From positions 1-40,619 of the IMG/VR virus record IMGVR_UViG_3300045988_070645: a stretch of DNA of 40,619 nt. The stretch is one strand, 5' to 3'. The first letter of the stretch is position 1. Each line of letters starts with the position of its first letter. Source of the stretch: a virus. Made by a program: the position numbers and the translations under genes. The notes under the pieces were generated by a model. The model was not told where the DNA came from and did no database searches. It saw only the letters and a list, made by a program, of their open reading frames with translations. Of this stretch, positions 15,168-24,684 are shown one piece after another.

Positions 15168-15298
15168 GCAAGACGATCAGATACGTGGAATGCGGCCACT
15201 GCGGTGAGACCGTCGGCACATATTACGTCACCTGCCCTTACTGCGGATACCGCCTGGTGTCCGCTCAGCAGGCGGTCATGGATGGCTTGGCATGGTGA
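15164..15298 (+). CDS. 44-aa zinc-ribbon micro-protein
   Basis: TTG start overlapping the upstream stop. CGHC...CPYC. Confidence 0.35.
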   Translation: MSKTIRYVECGHCGETVGTYYVTCPYCGYRLVSAQQAVMDGLAW

Positions 15299-15471
15299 CG
15301 CTCGACCCGCCACCGGACTTGTTGGAGATCGCCGAAGCCCTGGACGCGATGGCGAAACCACACGTGGGAAGCGGCTGGGCGAACACCAACTACACCGACC
15401 TGCCCTGCACCACGCCACGGCAGGAGGCCATCTGGATGGAATACAACGGAATCACAAGAGGGGAGGATTGA
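15292..15471 (+). CDS. Hypothetical 59-aa protein
   Basis: Fills the gap. ATG at 15292 overlaps the upstream stop, and its own stop overlaps the ATG at 15471. Confidence 0.35.
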   Translation: MVTLDPPPDLLEIAEALDAMAKPHVGSGWANTNYTDLPCTTPRQEAIWMEYNGITRGED

Positions 15472-16262
15472 TGGCAAGGCGCGGATACGTGCAATTGGCC
15501 AATGGCTTCTATCTCAACCGGAAGGTACGCCGGTTGCGTCGCACCATGCCATCGGCCATCAGCGCCTTCGTCATCATGCTTTCCTACTGCGGCGACAACC
15601 TCACGGACGGTTATGTGGACTCGGACACGGCGGAATTCGTGCTCGACATCACCACACAGGAGCTTGACGCTTTGCAGCAGGTCGGATTGATCGAGGCCGT
15701 GGATGGCGGCTATGTCATCCACGATTACCTTGAGCATAATCGGAGCCGTCAGCAGGTGATGGCCAAGCGCAAGCGTGAGCATGACCGTTATTCTGCTGGC
15801 AGTCTGCCGGCAGAAAGTGCGCAGACTGCCGGCAGAATCGAAACAGAATCGGGACAAACACCAGAACACCAGAACCCCAGAACCCAAAAGAAAGATGAAG
15901 AAGAATATTCTTCTTCTTCATCCAAAGAAATCGGGCTGAACGACTTCGAGCTGGTCAGGGAGAAATCGCACGCCAATGCCGATATCATCCGCGATTATCC
16001 GAATCTCGACCTGTCGGACGCGTGGAACGCATTCTTAAGCCGACATTATGGCGAGACACGCACCGTCAACGACTGGTGCCGCCAATGGAAAGGCTGGTGC
16101 CAGCGCAGGGCCAAAATGAGCGGCATACCACCCAGCAAACCACACGTGCACACGTGGAAATGCTCTCACGTGCTCGAAGCGCTCGGACGCGACGAAGAAA
16201 CAGCACAGGCAGACGAAAATGCCTGCGAATTAGCCGACAGACTCAACAAGGAGAAATCATGA
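15471..16262 (+). CDS. Replication-organiser-like DNA-binding protein (263 aa)
   Basis: Internal ATG of ORF 15204..16262 after GGGGAGGA. MARRGYVQLANGFYLNRKVRRL... has a wHTH-like N-terminus. The function is inferred from position. Confidence 0.4.
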   Translation: MARRGYVQLANGFYLNRKVRRLRRTMPSAISAFVIMLSYCGDNLTDGYVDSDTAEFVLDITTQELDALQQVGLIEAVDGGYVIHDYLEHNRSRQQVMAKRKREHDRYSAGSLPAESAQTAGRIETESGQTPEHQNPRTQKKDEEEYSSSSSKEIGLNDFELVREKSHANADIIRDYPNLDLSDAWNAFLSRHYGETRTVNDWCRQWKGWCQRRAKMSGIPPSKPHVHTWKCSHVLEALGRDEETAQADENACELADRLNKEKS

Positions 16263-16417
16263 AACACGACGAATCGGAAACAATGTACAGCCTGGAATGG
16301 TTGAGACACGAACGCCGCAAGGCATGGCAGGAAGGCTACGCGGCCGGATGGAAAGACCAGGAATGCGATTTTCCGCCACACACCACAGAAAACCCATATC
16401 TGGAGGCCACAAAATGA
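16259..16417 (+). CDS. Hypothetical 52-aa protein
   Basis: ATGA overlap with the upstream gene. Confidence 0.4.
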   Translation: MKHDESETMYSLEWLRHERRKAWQEGYAAGWKDQECDFPPHTTENPYLEATK

Positions 16418-16557
16418 AGAAAATCCTCGAAGACATGATCATCAAATGGCACCAGGCCGGCTATGCGCTCGACGAGATCGCGCCGCTCGTGCCGCAAGTG
16501 CCGAAAGCCGAAATCGCCGCACTCATCCGCCAGCACGACAAGGAGACCAGACTTTGA
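16414..16557 (+). CDS. Hypothetical 47-aa HTH-like protein
   Basis: ATGA overlap. AGYALDEIAPLV... Confidence 0.4.
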   Translation: MKKILEDMIIKWHQAGYALDEIAPLVPQVPKAEIAALIRQHDKETRL

Positions 16558-17309
16558 CCGACTGCCAGCACTGCCACAAGCCAATGAAACCGGTGGCCGC
16601 GAATCTACTCTGCGCCAGCTGCCGAGAAAACTACTGGGCGCTCATCTGCCAACTCGGCCACGTCCAACTGCCCGCACTGCGAAGCATCATGCTCAAACAG
16701 GCCCACATCGGCCCCACAGGCCACACGCCAAACAAAGGCAACGCGCCAATACCCATCGACACGAGAGCGCAAGCCCTCATCACCGATTCCGAAGCATGGC
16801 TCGCCGAACACGCAGGCAAAATCAACGCACGCTACAGCAATCTTCCGTGGGACAAGGCATGGAAGAAGATCACAGCCAACAAACACACCATCCTCAGCAT
16901 GAGCACCGCAGCAGACGATTACGCAGCCCTGGGACACATCAGCCGACGCAACGAGACGGCCTTGACCCCAGAAGACGAATTGATAATCCTCGGCACCTGC
17001 CCCAACTGCCATCGTCAACTCACCGGCACGCCAGACGCCGAAACCGTCACCTGCCAACACTGCCGCACCGAATGGCCTGCACCAGCCATCAAAGCAGCAC
17101 GAGACGAACGACTATGGCAAGTGCAAATCACCGGCACGCCAAGCGACGCAGCCAAAGAACTCAAACGCTACGGATTATCCGTCTCACGCAACTTGATAAG
17201 CCAATGGCTCAGACGCGGCAAACTCACCCACGCCACGCCGACAAACACCAAGCGACAGTACGTGTTCAACCTAGGAGAACTCGCCGCCTTGCTTGACTGT
17301 CACCGTTGA
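16554..17309 (+). CDS. Zinc-ribbon plus C-terminal HTH protein, a possible late-gene regulator
   Basis: CQHC..CASC and CPNC..CQHC pairs, plus SDAAKELKRYGLSVSRNLISQWLRRGKL. TTG start overlaps the upstream stop. It is the last gene before the late operon. Confidence 0.45.
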   Translation: MTDCQHCHKPMKPVAANLLCASCRENYWALICQLGHVQLPALRSIMLKQAHIGPTGHTPNKGNAPIPIDTRAQALITDSEAWLAEHAGKINARYSNLPWDKAWKKITANKHTILSMSTAADDYAALGHISRRNETALTPEDELIILGTCPNCHRQLTGTPDAETVTCQHCRTEWPAPAIKAARDERLWQVQITGTPSDAAKELKRYGLSVSRNLISQWLRRGKLTHATPTNTKRQYVFNLGELAALLDCHR

Positions 17310-17376
17310 AATGCTATACTGTCGTACAGTAGTAAAATGGTTCAGCCTGAAAGGGCTGGGCCATTATTCATATCAA

Positions 17377-17535
17377 GCTTCGGTAGCTCAGTGGCAGAGC
17401 ACAAGGGATAGCACAGATACCTAGGACGGATACCAAACCGGTCATGGCTTCCTGCTTCTTTAAATCGAATGCCTGTGATGACAAAGACAGTGCATCCCAC
17501 ACCATGCGCTGGTTCGACTCCAGCCCGAAGCACCA
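17377..17535 (+). tRNA. tRNA-derived gene with canonical acceptor, D and T arms and an encoded CCA, but with a 94-nt extended helix in place of the anticodon arm
   Basis: GCTTCGG(17377-83) pairs with CCGAAGC(17525-31), 7 of 7. D arm is GCTC-AGTGGCA-GAGC. T arm is GCTGG-TTCGACT-CCAGC. A-CCA at 17532-35. GGGAT.GCAC(17405-14) pairs with GTGC.ATCCC(17490-98). Confidence 0.6.
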
Positions 17536-17549
17536 AAGGCGGTGAATCA

Positions 17550-17858
17550 ATGCCAGGAAGAGTCCGCAAGACCAGCCGCCAATTCGAAAAAGACAAGGCA
17601 AGCTTCTTCAACCAATGCAAGGCAAGCCATGCAGTCTGCTGGTTGTGTGGCATGCCAATCGACTATGCGGCACCGAAGAACACAAGCGATGACAGCTTCA
17701 ACCTCGACCACATGTTCCCAGTCAGCAAGCATCCAGAACTCCAATTCGACCCGGCAGGCTTCAAACCGAGCCACACCAGCTGCAACCGCTTGAGAGGCAA
17801 CCAAGATCCGCCGGCGCCAATCGGAACACTCTCAAGACAATGGATAACAACAGCATGA
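17550..17858 (+). CDS. HNH endonuclease
   Basis: CWLCG...NLDHMFPVSKHP...HTSCNRLRG. It lies next to the terminase genes. Confidence 0.8.
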   Translation: MPGRVRKTSRQFEKDKASFFNQCKASHAVCWLCGMPIDYAAPKNTSDDSFNLDHMFPVSKHPELQFDPAGFKPSHTSCNRLRGNQDPPAPIGTLSRQWITTA

Positions 17859-18001
17859 ACCCCACACGAGGGGTAGGGGCGGTGAAATCGTAAAACCAAC
17901 GCGAGGGTGCAAGACGTCCCGCGTGGTTGGTCTCCCTCTCCCCGATGAGTGAAATTGTTGGCGGGTCGCGCGCGCGATGGCAGATTAGGGGGTGTTTTTC
18001 G

Positions 18002-18340
18002 ATGAGTGCGAAGTTTCCGAGTCGGAATGTGGCGGAGGCGTTGGAGCGTTCGTTGAAGAACGCTGACCTCAAGGCTGTGAATTCTGCTGTTGTCGCTGCG
18101 GCTCGCGTGTTGGCTGAGCGTATCGATTATCTGACGTTCTCCGGTTTTGTCGATGAGAACGGAAAGCTCGATAACGTGTCGCTTCCGACTTTCCTGAAGT
18201 ATTGTCAGTCGCTTGGCCTGACCTTGGACGCTCCTGCGAAGGTCGGTCGTCCGTCGAAGCCGAAGCCTGAGCCGAAGGCGGAGGAGTCAAAGAGCGGCAA
18301 GGTTATCGCGATGGACGAGTTCATGAAGCGTTTCGGCTGA
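18002..18340 (+). CDS. terS: Terminase small subunit
   Basis: AGGGGG RBS before the ATG at 18002. Called from its position before terL and its small basic/helical character. Confidence 0.6.
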   Translation: MSAKFPSRNVAEALERSLKNADLKAVNSAVVAAARVLAERIDYLTFSGFVDENGKLDNVSLPTFLKYCQSLGLTLDAPAKVGRPSKPKPEPKAEESKSGKVIAMDEFMKRFG

Positions 18341-18350
18341 GGAGGTTGTG

Positions 18351-19964
18351 ATGGCGTCTGAGAATCTTACGGTTTTCGGTGCCATCGACGATGAGAGGCA
18401 TGGCGTGACCTTGCCGCGCATCTTCACGCCGCCGTTGCGTCCGTTGACGAGGGAGACGAGCAATGGTTTCGCGGTGATCGCGTTCGCGGAGATCATGCTT
18501 CACGTGCATTTGTATCCGTGGCAGCAATGGTTATTGGTGCACGCCTTGGAGCTGCTTGAGGATGGCAGCTACCGTTTCCGCAAGGTGATTGTGCTCGTGG
18601 CTCGCCAGAACGGCAAGACCACGCTGATGGGCGTGCTTGCCGCATGGTGGCTTTTCGTGGACTCGAACAAGCATCCTGACAGAGTACCGCCGGTGAAGTT
18701 TCTTGTGGTCGGTGCGGCTCAGACGTTGGACAATGCGAAAGGGCCTTACAATCAGGTCAAGGAATGGTGCAATCCTCAGCCTTCCACCGACGAGGAAGCG
18801 GATCTGGTGATTCCTGATCTCGCCGCGATGACACAGAAATTCGTCAATACGAACGGCGAGGAAGCGATCATCACCCGCTCGAAGGCGCGGTATATCGTCC
18901 GCGCCGACAAGAACATTCGAGCCAAGTCGGCGGCGCGTGTCGTGTTCGATGAGTTGCGTGAGCAACATACCGACGATGGTTGGAATGCCGTCAGCCAGAC
19001 CACTAAGGCCGTATGGTCGAGCCAATTATGGGGTATTTCGAACGCCGGTGACTATCGGTCTGTGGCGTTGCGCAAGCAGGTGGACAAGGGCCGTAAGCTT
19101 GTTGACGAGTGGGCGCGTCTGAGCGCCGACGGTGGCAATCCGTCCGACGTGTTCCTGTCCGGCGAGCAGGACGGCAGCTTCGGATATTTCGAATGGTCGG
19201 CTCCGGACAAGTGTCCGGTGGATGATGCCGACGCTATCCGGCAGGCGAATCCGTCGCTCGGCTATGGGCCGATGACCGTGCCGAGCGTCCGTTCGGATAT
19301 TGACGGCATGACCGAGGCCGCATTCCGAACCGAAGTGCTTTGCCAGTGGGTGACCGCCGACATCGTGCCATACATTCACCCGAAGCTCTGGGCCGCCGGT
19401 ATCGACGGCAAGTCGAGCATTCCCGCCGAGAATCGTGTGGTGCTCGCTGTGGACACTTCCGCCGACAGGCAGACCACGTATGTCGCTGCTGCTGGCCTTC
19501 GTGCCGATGGTTTGCCGCACGTGGAGCTGATCGCCCGTCGTGACGGAATGCTGTGGGTGCCGCATTTCCTCGACTTGCTTCGTGAGAGCTGGCCGTCGAT
19601 TTGCGAGATTGCCGTGCAGTCGAAGGGTTGTCCGGCTGTCGATTTCATCGACCCGCTCACCGAAAAAGGCTGGAATGTGCATTTGATTGAGGGCTTCCGT
19701 CTTGGCGCGTGCTGTGGCCGATTCCTAGACCGCGTGCGCGAAGGCAAGCTCAGGCATTTGCCCCAGCCGGCCATCGAACAGCAGGTTTCCGTGGCAGTGA
19801 CCCGCCGATTAGGCGAGGTCGAGGTGTGGGATCGTGGCAAGAGCGCCTTGCAGATCAGCGGCCTCATCGCCGAATCGGAAGCATTGTACGCGCTTGAGAC
19901 CATGCAGGTCGAAGCGGAAACACCGAAATACGCGCCGAGCGTGACGCATTTCGCCGTTGTCTGA
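18351..19964 (+). CDS. terL: Terminase large subunit
   Basis: Walker A VARQNGKTT. Size and position fit. GAGGAGG RBS. Confidence 0.85.
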   Translation: MASENLTVFGAIDDERHGVTLPRIFTPPLRPLTRETSNGFAVIAFAEIMLHVHLYPWQQWLLVHALELLEDGSYRFRKVIVLVARQNGKTTLMGVLAAWWLFVDSNKHPDRVPPVKFLVVGAAQTLDNAKGPYNQVKEWCNPQPSTDEEADLVIPDLAAMTQKFVNTNGEEAIITRSKARYIVRADKNIRAKSAARVVFDELREQHTDDGWNAVSQTTKAVWSSQLWGISNAGDYRSVALRKQVDKGRKLVDEWARLSADGGNPSDVFLSGEQDGSFGYFEWSAPDKCPVDDADAIRQANPSLGYGPMTVPSVRSDIDGMTEAAFRTEVLCQWVTADIVPYIHPKLWAAGIDGKSSIPAENRVVLAVDTSADRQTTYVAAAGLRADGLPHVELIARRDGMLWVPHFLDLLRESWPSICEIAVQSKGCPAVDFIDPLTEKGWNVHLIEGFRLGACCGRFLDRVREGKLRHLPQPAIEQQVSVAVTRRLGEVEVWDRGKSALQISGLIAESEALYALETMQVEAETPKYAPSVTHFAVV

Positions 19965-19982
19965 ACCCAGTGAGGAGGTTTC

Positions 19983-21266
19983 ATGGGTTTCTTTTCCAGA
20001 TGGCTCAAGAAAAGCCCCGTATCCGTGGCCCAGAAGTTCTCCGAATCACCAGTGAACATTTCACAGGTGGCGCAGATTCCAATCGACTGGTTCGGCGCTG
20101 GCGTTTACGAGCGTGAGGCTGCGGTGCGTACCGTCATCGACCATATCGCGCGGAACATCGCCAGCATGCCATTCAAGGTCTACACTCGACAGTCTGACGG
20201 CGATCGCGTGGAGGACACCACAAGCCCATTGGCGCAATTGATGGCCAAGCCGAGCGTGCTTCCGGGCATGACGCGCTACAGATTTTTCTACTCTTTGCTG
20301 TGTGATGGCCTGCTGAATGACCGGTGGCTTTGCCTGCTCGATGCCGACAAGCAGTCTGGTCGATTATGGTTGCGGCGTATTCCGGTGCAGAATTTCACGC
20401 TTTCCGGCAACACTCTTGATGAGATCACCGGCGTGCAGATCAGTACCGGCCAGCCGGAAGGCAGCCAGTATTTCAAGCTTCCCGACCCGCAGATTCTGCT
20501 GGACGTGGGCTACAGCACGTCCGGCATCGGCGGTTCTCCGGTGTCCGGCACTCTCGCCCCGCTTCTGGCGGAGGCTCGTGAGATGGCCGAATACCGCCGT
20601 GCGATCGCCAAGAACGGCGGTCAGATTCCGGCGTACATCTCGCGTCCGAAGGAGATGCCGTGGCCTTCGCAGGAGGCTCAGGACGAATTCGTGCAGGGCA
20701 TGAGGAATTACAAGGCTGGAGGCAATCTCGCCGGTGGCTGGCCCCTGCTCAACGACGGCATGGAAATCAAGACCGTGGACGCCTTCAAGCCGATCGACAT
20801 GCAGGACATCGACGCGAGGGACAAGATTCGCATAGACGTGGCCAACGCATTCCACATCGCGCCGGAGAATCTAGGCTTCCGCAGCGGCACGAATTCCAAC
20901 ATCAGCGCGTTCAAGGAGCAGATGTGGAATGTGGAGCTCATGCCTTACATCGTGGCTTTCGAGCAGTCGCTCAATCTGCTTCTGCCTGACGCGCTCGGCC
21001 AGCCGGACGCCTACATCGAGGCCAACGTGGACGCCAAGCTTCGCGGAACGTTCAGCGAACAGTATCAGGCGCTCAGCACGGCCACGGGACGCAGCTTCAT
21101 GACCACGAACGAGGCGCGCCGCATCCTGAACTATCCGAAGCTCGCAGGCGGTGACGATCTGGTGACGCCATTGAACGTCGCAACAGGCGGCCAGCCCAGC
21201 CCGCAGGACGGCGGCAGGACGCAGAACGCGCAACAGAACAATCCAGTGAACGGAGAAGACCAGTGA
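19983..21266 (+). CDS. Portal protein (HK97-type)
   Basis: Called from size, its position after terL and a portal-like sequence pattern. Confidence 0.8.
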   Translation: MGFFSRWLKKSPVSVAQKFSESPVNISQVAQIPIDWFGAGVYEREAAVRTVIDHIARNIASMPFKVYTRQSDGDRVEDTTSPLAQLMAKPSVLPGMTRYRFFYSLLCDGLLNDRWLCLLDADKQSGRLWLRRIPVQNFTLSGNTLDEITGVQISTGQPEGSQYFKLPDPQILLDVGYSTSGIGGSPVSGTLAPLLAEAREMAEYRRAIAKNGGQIPAYISRPKEMPWPSQEAQDEFVQGMRNYKAGGNLAGGWPLLNDGMEIKTVDAFKPIDMQDIDARDKIRIDVANAFHIAPENLGFRSGTNSNISAFKEQMWNVELMPYIVAFEQSLNLLLPDALGQPDAYIEANVDAKLRGTFSEQYQALSTATGRSFMTTNEARRILNYPKLAGGDDLVTPLNVATGGQPSPQDGGRTQNAQQNNPVNGEDQ

Positions 21267-22033
21267 ATCTCAAACAGCTCAGATTCAACGTGAAGTCCTT
21301 GGATGATTCGGCTGGCGAAGGTGTTTTCAGCGGCTACGCCAGCACTTTCGGCAACAAGGATCTGCAGGGTGATGTGATCGCCAAGGGCGCTTTCGCGGAG
21401 ACCTTGGAGAAGGATTACGACGGCGGAGCCGGCATCCCGATCCATTGGAACCATCAGGACGGCAGGCCGACCGACATCATCGGACGCACCTTGAGTGCCG
21501 TCGAGGACGAGAAGGGCCTGCTCATCTCGGCACAGCTTGATATCGAGGATAATCCGACCGCACAGCAGGCTTACGACCTGCTCAAGGATGGCAGGGTTCA
21601 TCAGATGAGCATCGGCTTCGTGCCGACGAAGACCGCTTGGATCACGGAAAAGGGCGACGGCCCGTGGGGTGGCCATTCCGAATTCCAGCAGATCAAGCTT
21701 TTCGAGATCAGCGTGGTGCCGGTGGCCGCGAACCAGCAGGCCGAGATTCTGGCCGTGAAGTCAGGTCGCGCCATCAGCTCCGCCAATGAGGAGAAGCTTC
21801 GTGCCGCATTGGCGTCGCTGAACGAGGTGTTGGAAGGCATTGATTCCGACAATTCCAGCGCTTCCGACGAAGATAAGCCGGATGATTCCAAGACCGGCGA
21901 GAAAAAGGATGATAAGAAGCTTGCCCCTGATAAGGGTAGGGACGCGGAGGCCGAGAAGGCCGAGCGTCTGAATGTAATCAAATCCGCCCGTGAACTGGTC
22001 ACTGGCGGCAAGGACAACAAGGAGACCAAATGA
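21263..22033 (+). CDS. Prohead protease (HK97 family)
   Basis: FSGYASTFGNKDLQGDVIAKGAF ... HQMSIGF ... EISVVPVAAN. GTG start overlaps the portal stop. Confidence 0.8.
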   Translation: MNLKQLRFNVKSLDDSAGEGVFSGYASTFGNKDLQGDVIAKGAFAETLEKDYDGGAGIPIHWNHQDGRPTDIIGRTLSAVEDEKGLLISAQLDIEDNPTAQQAYDLLKDGRVHQMSIGFVPTKTAWITEKGDGPWGGHSEFQQIKLFEISVVPVAANQQAEILAVKSGRAISSANEEKLRAALASLNEVLEGIDSDNSSASDEDKPDDSKTGEKKDDKKLAPDKGRDAEAEKAERLNVIKSARELVTGGKDNKETK

Positions 22034-23235
22034 GTTTCAATGATCGTCTCGCCAAGACCAAGGCCGCCATCGAAGCGGTGCTTGCCAAGGGCGAGGATAA
22101 TCTCGACGCTTCCGACATCGAGAAGCTGAAGGGTCTGAACGCCGAGGCGCACGAATTGCAGGATTCCATCGAAACGGTGGATGCGGTGCATAAGCGTTTC
22201 GCGGGATTGACCGACAATCTGGCGGACACCCAGAAGAGCGGAGCCGTATCCGGCGAGTCTCTTGGCGATTTCGTCGTGAAGAACATCGGCGAACAGCTGG
22301 CGAAGATAAAGGGAGTTTCGGGAGCGTCAATCGCAGCACCGGAATGGGCTCCGCGCCGCAAGGCCAACACTGACACGCAGGTTACCGGCGGACCGTCCGG
22401 CGTGTACGGCTCCCTGTTGACCTACGTGGACCCGAACTTCGTCCAGGCTTACCGTCGTCCGACCATCACCGACCTATTCGGTATCGGCGCTATCAGCGGA
22501 CAGGCCATCATCTACTACGTGGAAGGCGAAAAGGAAGGCGATTTCGACACAGTCGGCGAAGGCGAGAAATTCAGCCAGATCCATTACGCGGACGCGACAG
22601 AGCACACCGACGCTTTGTCCACAATCGCTGGATTCATCAAGGAATCCAACGACATGATCACCGACCTCGAATTCCTGAAGTCCGACATCGATGGACGCCT
22701 GCTCTACGATCTGAGCATCGTCGAGGAGAAGCAGCTGCTCAACGGCGACGGCACCAGCAAGAACATCAAGGGCCTGCTGAATCGTGAAGGAATCCAGTCA
22801 TACACCGCTACCGACGCTGGCAATGACGTTGCCATCCTGCACGCGCAGTCAATGATCTCCATCACGACCGGCATGATGCCGGATGCCCTTGTCATCAATC
22901 CGACAGACTATGAGGCCATTCGATTGAAGAAGGACAATGATGGCAATTTCATCGGCGGTGGACCGTTCTACGGCGCGAATGGTGGAGCGCTGACCCTCGC
23001 TCCACGCCTCTGGGGTCTGGACACCGTGGTGACTCCAGCTGTCGACGCCGGCACAGCCATCGTCGGCTCCTTTAAGGGCGCTGCCACCTTCTACCGCAAG
23101 GGCGGCGTGACGGTCGAGGCCACCAATTCCAATGACACCGACTTCATCTCCGATCTGGTGACCATCCGCGCCAAGGAGCGTGTGGCTTTGGCCGTACGCA
23201 AGCCGAAGGCTTTCGTCAAGCTGACCCTCAAGTAA
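22030..23235 (+). CDS. Major capsid protein (HK97 fold)
   Basis: Called from its position after the protease, a coiled-coil N-terminal delta-like region and a typical C-terminal pattern. Confidence 0.85.
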   Translation: MSFNDRLAKTKAAIEAVLAKGEDNLDASDIEKLKGLNAEAHELQDSIETVDAVHKRFAGLTDNLADTQKSGAVSGESLGDFVVKNIGEQLAKIKGVSGASIAAPEWAPRRKANTDTQVTGGPSGVYGSLLTYVDPNFVQAYRRPTITDLFGIGAISGQAIIYYVEGEKEGDFDTVGEGEKFSQIHYADATEHTDALSTIAGFIKESNDMITDLEFLKSDIDGRLLYDLSIVEEKQLLNGDGTSKNIKGLLNREGIQSYTATDAGNDVAILHAQSMISITTGMMPDALVINPTDYEAIRLKKDNDGNFIGGGPFYGANGGALTLAPRLWGLDTVVTPAVDAGTAIVGSFKGAATFYRKGGVTVEATNSNDTDFISDLVTIRAKERVALAVRKPKAFVKLTLK

Positions 23236-23244
23236 GGAGACGAT

Positions 23245-23481
23245 ATGGCTCGACAGTTTCGAGTGATTCCCGCTTCCTCCGCGAAGCTGGACCCGAACGC
23301 CACGGTATCGGACGTGGTTTTCGTTGATTCCAAAGGCAAGCCGACCGATATTGGCGGCGGATCTGCGACCGTGAAACCGGCCGCCAATGTGCCCAAGGCT
23401 GCCGGCGAGACACCGACTAAAAGCGAGTTTGATGCTCTCATCGATTCGCTGGTGGCCGCTGGCCTGATGGCTGCAGAGTAA
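23245..23481 (+). CDS. Hypothetical head-associated protein (78 aa)
   Basis: ORF track and position. Confidence 0.45.
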   Translation: MARQFRVIPASSAKLDPNATVSDVVFVDSKGKPTDIGGGSATVKPAANVPKAAGETPTKSEFDALIDSLVAAGLMAAE

Positions 23482-23495
23482 GAGTGGAGGTCGGC

Positions 23496-24011
23496 ATGAG
23501 TGATGTGAATGTGGTTCCTGATATGATTGCCGACCCTTCGGCTTTCGAGGATGACGCCGACTTCCGGCTCGGGGCCGCGCAGGCGGCCATCCGCCGCGAG
23601 TGTGGCTGGCATGTCATGCCGAACGCGGCATTGTCCGGCGTCATCAACTCGCGTGGCGGCACGGTGATCCGACTGCCAGCACGTCACGTGACGAGCATCG
23701 AATCCCTGACAGACCGCGACGGCAACAAGCTGGCTTACGCCTATGACCCGGAGACGGGTCTTGTGGAGTCGCTTTCCGGTGGCTTCCCGGTCGGCGTTGC
23801 GGCCATCCGCTACGCGATCCATGCCGGATATGATGACGCGCCGGACGTGCAGCAGGTGCTCATCAGCGCCGCGAAGCGCGCCGGCATGAGCCCGATCGGG
23901 CTCGTCACCTCGCAGTCCACCAACGGCTCCAGCGCGTCATATGATGCGGTATCGCTCATGCAGGATGAGAAGGACAAGCTCAAACCCTACAAACTGGGAG
24001 GCTTGCCATGA
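23496..24011 (+). CDS. Head-tail connector/adaptor
   Basis: Called from position. GTGGAGG RBS before the ATG at 23496. Confidence 0.55.
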   Translation: MSDVNVVPDMIADPSAFEDDADFRLGAAQAAIRRECGWHVMPNAALSGVINSRGGTVIRLPARHVTSIESLTDRDGNKLAYAYDPETGLVESLSGGFPVGVAAIRYAIHAGYDDAPDVQQVLISAAKRAGMSPIGLVTSQSTNGSSASYDAVSLMQDEKDKLKPYKLGGLP

Positions 24012-24400
24012 GCCTGCTTGACGATCTGAACGCCGGTGGCGGATGGCGTATGCCGGGCGCCACCAAGTGGCGGCGATTGCGTGCGAGGAAGGTCGATGAC
24101 CCGTATTCCGGCGAGCAGACCGGCGAGGACTGGTCCAATCCGGAGACTTTGGATTTCACTGGCTCGCTCGCCAGTTCCAGCAGCACGCGCACGCCAGACG
24201 GTCTGCGCGAGCAGACCACGAGCACGGCTTACCTCACCTCGACCGACCCGTCACTCGATATCATGCCAGGCGACCGCATCAGGGCCATGCCGGATGACGG
24301 CAGGTGCTGGGAGGTGTCCGGCTATCCGAGTCGCGACGCGAATGCTTTCACCAGCTGGCAGCCGACGATTGAGATTCCACTATCCGCATATCGGGGGTGA
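24008..24400 (+). CDS. Head-tail joining (head closure) protein
   Basis: Called from position and size. ATGA overlap. Confidence 0.5.
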   Translation: MSLLDDLNAGGGWRMPGATKWRRLRARKVDDPYSGEQTGEDWSNPETLDFTGSLASSSSTRTPDGLREQTTSTAYLTSTDPSLDIMPGDRIRAMPDDGRCWEVSGYPSRDANAFTSWQPTIEIPLSAYRG

Positions 24401-24684
24401 TGGTTTTGGGAGTGATGGTCAAATTCAACGACAGATATTTTGACGAGCTGATGAATTCGGCTGGCGTCAAGGCCCTGACCCGCCGGTCCGCCGAGAAGGT
24501 CCTGGAATCCGCGAAGGCCAACGCACCCGTGGACACGGGCGCGTATCGCGATGGCCTCCAAATCGAAGAGGTAAAGCATGCGCATCGAACCACATGCATG
24601 GTGGTCGGCACCGACCCGAAGACCCTGCTCGTGGAATCGAAGACGGGCAATCTCCGCAAGGCGTTGAAGGCAGGCAAAACATGA
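24397..24684 (+). CDS. HK97 gp10-like tail component
   Basis: NAPVDTGAYRDGL motif. Start is GTG 24397 or ATG 24400. Confidence 0.55.
   Translation: MMVLGVMVKFNDRYFDELMNSAGVKALTRRSAEKVLESAKANAPVDTGAYRDGLQIEEVKHAHRTTCMVVGTDPKTLLVESKTGNLRKALKAGKT

Noticed and set aside
17405-17498. A group I intron inside the tRNA-like gene.
   Set aside because: The insert is under 100 nt, well below known bacterial tRNA group I introns. No complementary 3' strand for the would-be anticodon stem (CAAGG) exists downstream.
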